NCBI GenBank assembly: GCA_031422435.1
Contig: JANPLU010000107.1
Location: forward strand, 50,622-114,621
Origin: Acaryochloridaceae cyanobacterium VAR_48_metabat_390
GTDB lineage: Bacteria; Cyanobacteriota; Cyanobacteriia; Thermosynechococcales; Thermosynechococcaceae
Direction: 5' to 3'
DNA length: 64,000 nt
Shown one piece after another: positions 36,854-46,237 of this stretch. The notes under the pieces were generated by a model. The model did not search any database. It was not told the DNA's origin and was given only the letters and a program-made list of their open reading frames with translations. The position numbers were made by a program, and so were the translations under genes. The first letter of the stretch is position 1, and every line of letters starts with the position of its first letter.

Positions 36854-39800
36854 AGCCATCCCAGGCGGACTCTTGGTGCGCAGCTATCGCCCCTAACGTC
36901 ACCAAAGAAGACTTTTGCGCGTCTGTCAGCCCCGTTACGCCCTCAATATTCATTTGGTCGTAGGGTCTGTCTTCTTGAAAAGTTTGAACACATTGCCCAG
37001 TGGCAACATTCCAACGCTTAATGGTTCCTTCTTGGGCGGCACTAAACAGTTCTAGCGTCTGCGGATGAAACGCTACCGACCAAACCTCTCGCTCATGACC
37101 TGTAAGGGTTTGGGTGCAGTTGCCATCTGGGATAGACCAAAGCCTAACGATTGCGTCATTACTACCGCTGGCGATCGCATCTCCCTTGGGGCTAAACACC
37201 ACAGACCACACCGAACCCGAATGCCCTTCTAGGGTTTTCAGACAGTCACCAGACGCAACATCCCAAAGCCGAATTGTTTTATCATCGCTGCCGCTCACCA
37301 ATAGGGTTCCGTCTGGGCTAAAGCTGGCGCTAAAAATTAGGCTGGTGTGCCCTGTCAACACACGCAGACAGGTGCTAGAGGCGACATCCCATAGGCTGAC
37401 GAGGCGTTCTCCATGTCCACAGGCGAGGGTTTTGCCATCGGGGCTAAAGGTGACAGTCCACACCCGTCCACCCTGGGGCAAAATGCCGAGGCATTCCCCT
37501 GATTGGACATCCCATAGCCGCACGGTGGTATCGTCGCTGGCACTGGCAAGGGTGCGTCCATCGGGGCTAAAGTCTACTGCAAACACAAGACTGAGGTGGC
37601 CTTGAAGGGTTTTAATCGGTTTCCAGGTAGAGGTTTGCCAAAGTTTAATGGTGTTGTCGTTGCTGCTGCTGGCTAAAAGCTGCTGATTGGGGCTAAACAC
37701 AACGCTCCAAATCCAGCTCGAATGGGCTTCTACCGATCGCAGACATTCGCCAGAGCTTAAAGACCACTGGTTGATTTTTTTGTTATCGCCACTGCTGATG
37801 AGACATTGCCCATCGGGGCTAAAGGCGAGAGATTTAATGCCTGTGCTGTAGCCCTTTAAGGTTCGCAGAGACTGTCCGGTTTGAGGGTTCCAGAGCTTCA
37901 CGGTGCTGTCGTTGCTACCGCTCACCAATAGAGTTCCGCTGGGGTGAAAGGCCACAGACCACACCCCATTGGGGTGGCCTTTGAGGGTTTTGACACATTG
38001 ACCAGAGGTAATATTCCACAGGCGAATGGTGCAGTCTTGGCTCCCTGTTGCTAAAAGGGGTAAAGCCGCTTCGCTAGCGTCTTCATTCGCAAGAGCAGGG
38101 GCAAACGCAACGCAGACGACGGGCTGAAGGTGGCCTTTGAGCGATCGCAGACATTCCCCTGTCTCTACCTGCCAAATATCTACGGTGCAGTCAATGCCAC
38201 CCGTTGCTAAAAATGCGCCGTCAGGGCTAAAGGCAAGGGAACGCACGCGATTAATGCGCCCTTGCAGCAGTTCTATGGCGGTGCCTGTCGCAAGGCTCCA
38301 CAGCCGAATGGTTTTATCGGCGGAGCTGCTGGCAATGGTTTTGCCATCGGGGCTGTAGGCCAAAGACCACACCGTACTTTCGTGGCCTTTGAGGGTAGTG
38401 AGACACTGGCTGCTGGCAATATCCCACACCTTTACCCTATGGTCATCGGCACCGCTCACAAGGGTTGCCCCGTCAGGGCTAAAGGCGATCGCCCACACCC
38501 ACCCCTCATGACCAGAAAGGGTTTTGAGGCACTGCCCTGTTGCCAAATTCCAGAGCTTCACAGTTTTATCAAAACTGCCGCTGGCAAGGGTTTGACCGTC
38601 GGGGCTAAAGGCTACGGCGCAAACCCAGTTGCTGTGCCCTTCACAGGTCAACACCTCTTTATAGCCCTCTACCTGCCAAACGCGCACCTTATCGTCCGCG
38701 CTGCCCATGGCAAAGCGCTTTCCGTCGGGGCTAAAGGCCACAGAAAGCGTCGCGCTTAAGACCGCTGTAAACGAAGACCGAGACAAATCGGCATGGGCAA
38801 AGTTGACGTGGGAGAGATTGGCATCCACCAGGTATGCCTGCCAAATTGCCAGATAAGAGCAGTCTAGACCGCTAAAGTTCGCTCCCAGCTCCCGCAGCAG
38901 ATTAAGGAGATTGCCCCCCACATAGCCCGCTTGCAGCGGCGCATCTGCTCTGGTTTTTGCCAAAAGGTCTTTTAGACACTGCTCAATACGAGGTTTGCTC
39001 TCTAAAACATCTTGCAGCCGCGCCAGCACAGGCCGCAGCACAAACTGAATTTGCGCCTGTCTCACATAGTCTTTGGCCTGTGCCTTAATGAGCGCATAGG
39101 TTTTGAGCAGCGCCTGCTGCTGGCTCAAGATTTCGTCACTCACGCCCATCACTAAGCGATTTGTGACGTACTCCATCACCACTGGCTCTAGAGAAAACAG
39201 CCGACCGTGCTGCACAATTAAGCTGCGATGCCGCAAAGAACGAATCACTTCAGGCATGAGCAGGCTGTCCTGCACAATATCTAACTCTAAATCAGCGATC
39301 AAGACAGGCTCACGACTGACCGCTAACCAATAAATTACCTGCCGCTCTGCTGCCGAAAGTCGATTAAAGTGCCGCGCCAGTAGGTCATTGATATCGTCAA
39401 ACTGAAGCACGCCCCGCCGCATGTATGGAATAGCGTTGGCGACATTGCCATCCAACAGGTCATGCACCGCAGACGCAATAATCTTAAGCGCCAAGGGGTT
39501 GCCTGCATAGTGCTGCAAGATTTCGGTTAAGGCTTCTGGGGCAATATCCACTAAGCCTTTATCGGCAAATAGCGCCTGTGCTTCGATATGGTCAAGACCT
39601 TCAAGGGAGAGCGATCGCACGGGTAATGTCCTACCTTCGCGTTGGGCAAGTCCCTTCGGCTTCTCTCGACTGGTGATGAGGACGCAGCTTTGGTGCTGGC
39701 TTTCGGCAATGCAGCGCAAAAGCTGACCATAGCCTTCGTAGCCCGCACTGTAGGCTCCCGAAGTACCGCTCATTAAAACAGATTCCCAGTTGTCTAGTAC

Positions 39801-40523
39801 CACTAAACACCGATGCTGTCGCAGATAGTGCAGCAGACGCGCCAACTGAGCATCGGGGCTATCGGGCAGCGCAGATTCTTGCTGTAGCGACAAAAAATGA
39901 ATCAGAGAAGCCAGCAGATCTTCAAAGGCTGGCACATTCCGTAGCGATCGCCAAAAGACAAATTCAAACTGCTCCTGAAGCTGTGCCGAGAGCTTCACCG
40001 AGAGCGTCGTTTTACCAATGCCGCCCATGCCTAACAGCGAGACTAGACGACAGCGATCGCCCACAACCCACTGCTCTAGGGTTTGAAGTTCTTCAGTGCG
40101 CCCATAAAACACAGAGCTATCAATGACATCTCCCCAATCAGCTTGGGTGGTAGACGCAGCTTTGCCTAAACCTGAATTCTCAAGCTGTTTTGCGACAGGA
40201 TCGGGTTCTGACTCAGCCCAAAACGTTTTTTCTTTGGTTAAGGTTTTTGGCTCTAAATGTTTTCGACCATAGCGTTCTAGCGCCGCCCTAAAACTGGTTT
40301 TGCTGACCTTTTCCCCCATCACTTGAGACAGCAATTTCCATAGCTTAGGCCCTACGTCTTGACGTAGATACTGAGCCGTATAGTGATGTGCTTCTGCAAT
40401 TTCTTCATAGCCCTGACCCTGCCAGGAACCCCGAAACACCAGAACTTCTGTGTCTCTCAGATGCCTTTGCATACTTTCGTAAACAGCAGCATCAATCAAG
40501 AAAATTAGCTCATCAAAATCCAC
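36798..40523 (-). CDS. STAND NTPase: N-terminal HTH-like, NB-ARC, pentapeptide, about 14 WD40 repeats
   Basis: FYGRTEEL, GMGGIGKTTL, LVVLDNWE, ITSREKP, AGNPLAL; GH..W..AFSPDG repeats. Confidence 0.92.
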   Translation of the reverse strand: MDFDELIFLIDAAVYESMQRHLRDTEVLVFRGSWQGQGYEEIAEAHHYTAQYLRQDVGPKLWKLLSQVMGEKVSKTSFRAALERYGRKHLEPKTLTKEKTFWAESEPDPVAKQLENSGLGKAASTTQADWGDVIDSSVFYGRTEELQTLEQWVVGDRCRLVSLLGMGGIGKTTLSVKLSAQLQEQFEFVFWRSLRNVPAFEDLLASLIHFLSLQQESALPDSPDAQLARLLHYLRQHRCLVVLDNWESVLMSGTSGAYSAGYEGYGQLLRCIAESQHQSCVLITSREKPKGLAQREGRTLPVRSLSLEGLDHIEAQALFADKGLVDIAPEALTEILQHYAGNPLALKIIASAVHDLLDGNVANAIPYMRRGVLQFDDINDLLARHFNRLSAAERQVIYWLAVSREPVLIADLELDIVQDSLLMPEVIRSLRHRSLIVQHGRLFSLEPVVMEYVTNRLVMGVSDEILSQQQALLKTYALIKAQAKDYVRQAQIQFVLRPVLARLQDVLESKPRIEQCLKDLLAKTRADAPLQAGYVGGNLLNLLRELGANFSGLDCSYLAIWQAYLVDANLSHVNFAHADLSRSSFTAVLSATLSVAFSPDGKRFAMGSADDKVRVWQVEGYKEVLTCEGHSNWVCAVAFSPDGQTLASGSFDKTVKLWNLATGQCLKTLSGHEGWVWAIAFSPDGATLVSGADDHRVKVWDIASSQCLTTLKGHESTVWSLAYSPDGKTIASSSADKTIRLWSLATGTAIELLQGRINRVRSLAFSPDGAFLATGGIDCTVDIWQVETGECLRSLKGHLQPVVCVAFAPALANEDASEAALPLLATGSQDCTIRLWNITSGQCVKTLKGHPNGVWSVAFHPSGTLLVSGSNDSTVKLWNPQTGQSLRTLKGYSTGIKSLAFSPDGQCLISSGDNKKINQWSLSSGECLRSVEAHSSWIWSVVFSPNQQLLASSSNDNTIKLWQTSTWKPIKTLQGHLSLVFAVDFSPDGRTLASASDDTTVRLWDVQSGECLGILPQGGRVWTVTFSPDGKTLACGHGERLVSLWDVASSTCLRVLTGHTSLIFSASFSPDGTLLVSGSDDKTIRLWDVASGDCLKTLEGHSGSVWSVVFSPKGDAIASGSNDAIVRLWSIPDGNCTQTLTGHEREVWSVAFHPQTLELFSAAQEGTIKRWNVATGQCVQTFQEDRPYDQMNIEGVTGLTDAQKSSLVTLGAIAAHQESAWDGFSAEPEPILPPESLVLKG
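36865..36891 (-). repeat. HIP1-inserted 18-nt element, copy 2 (in-frame, AIAAHQESA)
   Basis: minus strand GGCGAT[AGCTGCGCACCAAGAGTC]CGC. Confidence 0.85.
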
Positions 40524-40606
40524 AGGCTCATGCTCAGCACCACTTCTTCTCTATAGAATACCGAACAATTTCTTGCCTGTGGTTGACAAACGTAAGTCAA
40601 TCGCCC

Positions 40607-41275
40607 CTATGTTTTTCGTTCAAACACGACAGAAAGGTTATTTGAAGGCATTTCAATAATGTTACTTAAGTGAAGGTTATGCTGTGCCGCAACCGCTACA
40701 ACATCTTCTAAGTGGCGAAGCCCCCAGGCTGGATTGCGCGATCGCAGGCTTGCGTCAAACGCTTCGTTACTAAGCGCGGTCGGCACATCCTTTTGTCTGT
40801 ACGGCCCATACAGATACAGAATCCCCCCAATGGGCAACAGTGCTTCAGCGCCTTGCATTAAGCCCAAAGTGGCAGACCAAGGCGAAATGTGAATCATATT
40901 GATATTGGCGATCGCGGTGATAGATACGTCTTCTAGAGTGTGTGTGGCGGACTCTGGGTGCGCAGCGATCGCCGTCTTTGCCACACCGAGCCAATTGGGT
41001 TGGCTCATATCCAATCTGACGGGAGGTAGCAGCCGCTCGGCGGGGACATACTGTTGCCAAGCCGAAATACTTGCCAAAGCTGCGGTATCAGCATCACTGG
41101 GGAGCCAGTAACGGGGGAAAAGCTGCGGCGCAAGAAATACGGCATGTTCTCCGGTGCCGCTGGCAATTTCTAACACAAGCCCTTCTGGAGGTAGCACCTG
41201 TTGCAGCACCCGAAGAATCGGTTCACGGTTGCGCTGAGTGGCAGGAGCGAACTGTCTGGCATCAACTTGAGGCAT
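40607..41275 (-). CDS. DUF938 SAM-dependent methyltransferase
   Basis: APATQRNREPI, LEIASGTGEH, NINMIHISPW, YGPY, SNEAFDASL, MPSNNL. Confidence 0.92.
   Translation of the reverse strand: MPQVDARQFAPATQRNREPILRVLQQVLPPEGLVLEIASGTGEHAVFLAPQLFPRYWLPSDADTAALASISAWQQYVPAERLLPPVRLDMSQPNWLGVAKTAIAAHPESATHTLEDVSITAIANINMIHISPWSATLGLMQGAEALLPIGGILYLYGPYRQKDVPTALSNEAFDASLRSRNPAWGLRHLEDVVAVAAQHNLHLSNIIEMPSNNLSVVFERKT
40947..40973 (-). repeat. HIP1-inserted 18-nt element, copy 3 (in-frame, AIAAHPESA)
   Basis: minus strand GGCGAT[CGCTGCGCACCCAGAGTC]CGC. Confidence 0.85.
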
Positions 41276-41297
41276 TACTGATACTCATTTATGGCTC

Positions 41298-44200
41298 CTA
41301 TTCATTATTGCTTTGAGCATTAAAATCTTTTTGATGTTCGACACTTACAGGGGCAGGGTTATAAGTCGTATTTACATGCCTGGTTCGTTCACGACCTAAC
41401 GGCCAATTAAACAAATCATGAACAATTATATAAAAACAGGGGATGATAAACAGGGTTAGCATGGTTGCCAGCGATAGCCCGTAAAATACAACCACGCCCA
41501 GGGGCTGCAAAAATTCTCCCCCTTGACCCATACCCAGCGCCAACGGAAACAGCCCTAGTACCGTCGTAACCGTGGTCATCAGAATGGGGCGTAGACGCTG
41601 GGGCGCAGCCTTCATAATGGCAATATAGCGGCTACAGCCTTCCTCTTCTCTGATTTCGTTTGCTAGCTCAATCATAATAATGGCGTTGTTCACGACAATC
41701 CCCACCAGTAAAACCGCCCCCACAATCACCGTTGCCCCGATCGCCGTTTGGGTAATGTAAAGCCCAAACAGTCCCCCCGCCAAAGCCAGCGGAACGGTAA
41801 ACATAATGACCAGTGGATCGATCAGGGAGTTATACTGCACCGCCATCACCACAAAGACCAGAAAAGCTGCCAAACCGCCCAGGATAGGGAGCGTTCCCTG
41901 AAGCTGACGATTGCTGTCTGCAGCAGCGCTGGGGAGCAAGCTAACGCCTTCGGGTAAATTTAAGCTGCTGACGATGTTATTGACTTGAGTGAGTGCATTG
42001 CCTAAGTTTGCGCCTTCATTGAGGTTGCCTGCAATTAAAAACACCTGTCGCTGGTTAATTCGCTGAATTTGACCAGGGGCTTGGCCTGTACTGATAGTCG
42101 CCACTTCTCCTAATCGAACTTGGCGATTGCTTTGTACAAATAGGGGCAAACGCTCTAGCTGAGACGGTCGGGCAATGGAGGCTTCATCCAGTTCTACGCG
42201 CACATCCACCAGGCGATTTCCGCGCTGAAGCTGCGTCGCAACCGTACCTTGAATGGCAGTTTCTAAGGTTTCGCCAATGGTGCGCGTATTTAAGTTGAGT
42301 GCTGCAATGCGTTCGCGGTCTGGACGGATCTGGATTTCTGGCTGTCGAGCATCGGCATCGGGTCTAAAACTCGTCAAGGTTGCCCGTTCTTCTAGCGCCT
42401 GTAAAACGTCTCGCCCCGCTTCTTCTAAGACACCACTGTCAGCACCCTGAAGAATGACATCTACCTCAGCGCCGCGCACAGGGGAATTATTTAAGATGAG
42501 TCCGCGTACCTGACCAGGGCTAATCCGTAGGCGAATATCGACGAGATTGAGCTTCAGAAATGCTTTTTTCATTCTTTCGGCAAATGCTTCGACATTAGTA
42601 CCAGCCTTGAGCGTGATGGTACTAGAGCTACGCAGTGCGTTTTCGCTGGTGCTGTTGCCAAACAACGAGCCGCCAACGGTGGTAAAAACGTACTCCGTTT
42701 CAGGCTGATCCATAAGCAGCTTATTGGTGGCCTCCATCACCTTTCGGCTCGTTGCAAGGGGGGTGCCTGGTGGGAACTGGGCATTTAAGTTGGCCTGACC
42801 TGTACTAATACGCGGCAAAATTTCTTGAGGGATTTGACCCACCATTAAAAAGCTGCTGCCCCCCAAAAACAGTACGGCAACGACTGCGGTTAGAACCCGA
42901 AAGCGTAGGACTTGTCTTAAGGTGCTGGCATAGCTTTGGGTTGCGGCCTCAAACCGTTCGTTAAAGGTTCGTAGAGGCCAAAACTGATCAATCCGGCTCG
43001 ACCACTCTATGGTTAAAAGCCGTGATGACAGCATCGGCACAACCGTCACTGCAACAACCAAGGATGCGGCGACCGCAAAGCAAATGGTCAGAATGAGTTC
43101 GTTAAAAAGAAGAGAGATAAATCCGCCAATTAAGACAAAGGGCAGCACAGAAACAAGGTTTGCCGCTGTTGCTGCCACGAGCGACGACTCTACTTCTCGG
43201 CTACTGTCTTCAACCAGGGTAATTGCGTCTTTCACCACATCTTCACTATGGTCAGGGTTAGCAGCAATGGCTTTGTTGAGCGCAACTTTCTTCGTAATGT
43301 TTTCAAGAATCACGACTGAAGTATCTACGGCCTGCCCTACGCTGATCGCCAGCCCGCCCAAACTAAACACGTTGAGAGAAAAGCCGCACAGCTTCATGGC
43401 GATCGCCGCGGCCAAGGTACATAGTGGAATCGTTAGGGTAATAATTAACGTCTGACGGATGGACCCTAAGAATAAAAGCACCGATAGCGCCGCCAGTGCC
43501 GCTCCCGACAGCGCCGCCTCAATCACACTATTGAGAGATTCTTGAATAAAAATAGATTCATCTAGCGTCGAAATCAGCGTCATATCTTGAGGCAATGTTC
43601 CAGCCTGACGCAGTTCTTCAACCCGTTTTTTGACCGCATTCACCACGGCAATCGTATTGGCATCCTGCTGCTTTTGCACACTCAGTTTGACCGCAGGCTG
43701 TCCATTGAGATCTACAAATACTCGCTGCTGCTGGGTTCCATCAATCACCTGTGCAAAGTCTCTGAGGTAGACCCGTCGGGCAGGCGCGAGAGCGCTGCTA
43801 TTAGTAGATAAAGCGCTCCCGCTTGTTGATGGACTACCCGCTGCCGCAGATGAGCTGCTGCTATTTGCGACTTGAAAAGAGAGATTTTCGATTTCGGCAG
43901 CACTTTGAAAGCGACCGATCGCTCTTGTCAATGGCTCAGAATTTTGTCCGAGAATACGTCCACCAGAGACGTCCTGATTGGTCGCATCAAGTTCATCTAA
44001 AACCGCATTGAGTCCAACGCCCTGCGCCTGGATCCGATCTAAATCAACCAGTACCCGTACCTCTTCATCCACACCACCCGATACGTCTACGGCGGCAACG
44101 CCAGACACAACCCCTAGTTCACGAGCCAGTTCTTCTTCCGCAAACACGCGCAGCGCCGAAATTTGAAGTGAGGGTGAGGTGAGGGCAAACTCATAGACGG

Positions 44201-44636
44201 GCAGTTGGGAGGGGTCTACCTTAAACAGGCGAGGTTCTTCAATGGTGTCGGGGAGCTGCCCTCTAGCACGGTTAAAGGTTGCCGTGGCATCATTGAGGGC
44301 CTGGTCAATATTGCCTCCTGGCACAAAAAACAGATCTAGACTGACCTGTCCTTCCCGCGTTTGGGAGAATACCTGCACGACCCCTTCTGTGGCAGAAAGC
44401 GCTTCTTCTAGGGGCTTTGTCACCTCATCGACTGCCACATCGGGGGAAATACCAGGTGCATTAACCCGTACCCCAATGCGCGGATAGGTGATAGACGGCA
44501 GCAAATCCACCTGAAGCGATGAGATAAAAAAGATCCCAATCACAATCACGCTCAATGTCAGCATGAGCGTCCCAATGTGGCGACGAATGGCAATAGAGCT
44601 GAAGCTGAAGCCTTTCGGTCTAGTGTTTTGCGTCAT
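41298..44636 (-). CDS. RND efflux transporter permease (AcrB family)
   Basis: VDLLPSITYP, TKPLEEAL, VDTSVVILENI, GIVVNNAII, RLRPILMT. Confidence 0.95.
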   Translation of the reverse strand: MTQNTRPKGFSFSSIAIRRHIGTLMLTLSVIVIGIFFISSLQVDLLPSITYPRIGVRVNAPGISPDVAVDEVTKPLEEALSATEGVVQVFSQTREGQVSLDLFFVPGGNIDQALNDATATFNRARGQLPDTIEEPRLFKVDPSQLPVYEFALTSPSLQISALRVFAEEELARELGVVSGVAAVDVSGGVDEEVRVLVDLDRIQAQGVGLNAVLDELDATNQDVSGGRILGQNSEPLTRAIGRFQSAAEIENLSFQVANSSSSSAAAGSPSTSGSALSTNSSALAPARRVYLRDFAQVIDGTQQQRVFVDLNGQPAVKLSVQKQQDANTIAVVNAVKKRVEELRQAGTLPQDMTLISTLDESIFIQESLNSVIEAALSGAALAALSVLLFLGSIRQTLIITLTIPLCTLAAAIAMKLCGFSLNVFSLGGLAISVGQAVDTSVVILENITKKVALNKAIAANPDHSEDVVKDAITLVEDSSREVESSLVAATAANLVSVLPFVLIGGFISLLFNELILTICFAVAASLVVAVTVVPMLSSRLLTIEWSSRIDQFWPLRTFNERFEAATQSYASTLRQVLRFRVLTAVVAVLFLGGSSFLMVGQIPQEILPRISTGQANLNAQFPPGTPLATSRKVMEATNKLLMDQPETEYVFTTVGGSLFGNSTSENALRSSSTITLKAGTNVEAFAERMKKAFLKLNLVDIRLRISPGQVRGLILNNSPVRGAEVDVILQGADSGVLEEAGRDVLQALEERATLTSFRPDADARQPEIQIRPDRERIAALNLNTRTIGETLETAIQGTVATQLQRGNRLVDVRVELDEASIARPSQLERLPLFVQSNRQVRLGEVATISTGQAPGQIQRINQRQVFLIAGNLNEGANLGNALTQVNNIVSSLNLPEGVSLLPSAAADSNRQLQGTLPILGGLAAFLVFVVMAVQYNSLIDPLVIMFTVPLALAGGLFGLYITQTAIGATVIVGAVLLVGIVVNNAIIMIELANEIREEEGCSRYIAIMKAAPQRLRPILMTTVTTVLGLFPLALGMGQGGEFLQPLGVVVFYGLSLATMLTLFIIPCFYIIVHDLFNWPLGRERTRHVNTTYNPAPVSVEHQKDFNAQSNNE

Positions 44637-44659
44637 AAGTCACAGAGTGGGTGGGGGAA

Positions 44660-46030
44660 CTATCGCTTGGTGCGTTGTGCGGGGGTTGAAGGCTCTGACA
44701 AAATGCTGAGTTTAACTGCATCGCCATCTTTAAGAGGTTTACTGCTGCGGATGACAATGCGATCACCTTCACTTAACCCCGCCACCACTGTGACCAGTCC
44801 ATCCTGACGCTGACCCAAGGTTACATTGCGGGCTGTAGCTTTGGCCTGCTGACCAGAACCCTGAATCACATAGAGGGTTCCGGCTTTGCGAGGCTGCTGT
44901 TCACCATTAGGAGCATTGCCGCCGCCCCGCCGCTCACCGCGCTTACGATTGGTCTGAAAGGCTGTTTCCGGCACTCGAATAGCATTAGCGGCCTGCCCTC
45001 CAAAACTAACCCGTGCCAGCAGCCCACTCCCAATACGGGCACCGACATTCGGCATTGTGACCTCAATGGGCACCAGCCTTGCCGTCGCATCGGCAACGGG
45101 TGAAATTCGGCTTACCTGACCGCGAAAGGCTTCCCTTGAAAAGGCATCCAGCTTGACCCCAACGGGTTGCCCCACTCTAATCTTGCTTAACTCCAGTTCT
45201 GAAACCTGAACCGATACTTTCACTTGGCTAAAGTCACCTAGCTTTAAAACCTCACTCCCCGCCTGTGCCAAATTTCCAGGCTCTGAGACGCGTTCTAAAA
45301 CAACGCCCGTTACAGGAGCAGTAAGGGTTGTGTAAGATTGGCGCTCCCGTTCACGGGCACTGACGGCCTGCTGTGCCCCCACGCGGCGCTGGGCTGCACT
45401 CACCGCCTGTTGACGAGTGCGAACGACTTCTTGAGCTGAGCGGAATGCCTGCTGTGCCGTCCCTGCTGCGGTACGCGCCTGCTCTGCCTGCTGTTGGGCG
45501 ATCGCCCCTGCTCGATATAGCTTTTCAAATCGTGCCGCATCCGCCTGCGCCTGTTGAAGCTGGAGCCGCGCAGACTCCACCTGCCGCAGGGCATCACTCA
45601 CCTGAGCGCGCGCCTGAGCCACCTCAGACTCTAACGCTGCAACCTCTGCCGTTGCCTCAATCACTGCTGTGGTCAGCACCTTATCGTCAATTTGCGCCAG
45701 TACCTGCCCCTCGGTGACAGGATCACCGACGTCAGCCCGTAAACTTAAAAGCTGACCTTCTACCTGCGTGCGCAGAGAAATCTGACGGTAGGGCTGGGTG
45801 GTGCCCACATACTCAAGACCGCTTTGTGAAGGAGCAGCACGCGCAACCGCCACATCTACAGAAGCGGGTTGATTGTTCTGATCGCCTTGGCCTCGACGAG
45901 TTTGAGCGTCGGCTTCATCTTTAGGAATAGAGCTGCATCCCATAAGAGACGCAGCAAAAATGCTCAATATAATCAATGGTCTTCCGAGGGCTGCTTTTGC
46001 CAGATCAAGCTTATGAATAAACCGCTGCAT
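44660..46030 (-). CDS. RND efflux periplasmic adaptor (MFP), likely lipoprotein
   Basis: LMGC lipobox-like, ADVGDPV..GQVLA, APVTGVV, ISPVAD.TARL. Confidence 0.93.
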   Translation of the reverse strand: MQRFIHKLDLAKAALGRPLIILSIFAASLMGCSSIPKDEADAQTRRGQGDQNNQPASVDVAVARAAPSQSGLEYVGTTQPYRQISLRTQVEGQLLSLRADVGDPVTEGQVLAQIDDKVLTTAVIEATAEVAALESEVAQARAQVSDALRQVESARLQLQQAQADAARFEKLYRAGAIAQQQAEQARTAAGTAQQAFRSAQEVVRTRQQAVSAAQRRVGAQQAVSARERERQSYTTLTAPVTGVVLERVSEPGNLAQAGSEVLKLGDFSQVKVSVQVSELELSKIRVGQPVGVKLDAFSREAFRGQVSRISPVADATARLVPIEVTMPNVGARIGSGLLARVSFGGQAANAIRVPETAFQTNRKRGERRGGGNAPNGEQQPRKAGTLYVIQGSGQQAKATARNVTLGQRQDGLVTVVAGLSEGDRIVIRSSKPLKDGDAVKLSILSEPSTPAQRTKR

Positions 46031-46237
46031 GAGAACAACCCTTAGATGAGCGAAATTTTTTGGAATAAAAACACAAAAGTTTACAACGCAATGCTAGTTC
46101 ATCTTCCCTCAGGTCAACTCTTTCTTTTGGTTGATTTGAACAAAATAGTGATTAATCGCGCCGTGACACAAAACCCTAAATAATGAAGTTGTTTCATGGA
46201 GTGTCGGTTTTTTGAACCTTTTTGTTTCCGAGGATGA

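Noticed and set aside
36950..38760. Regularly spaced gggctaaa(g) repeats about every 126 nt, superficially CRISPR-like
   Set aside because: They are the FSP codons of WD40 repeats within the STAND ORF; there is no 25-40 nt repeat and no cas gene.
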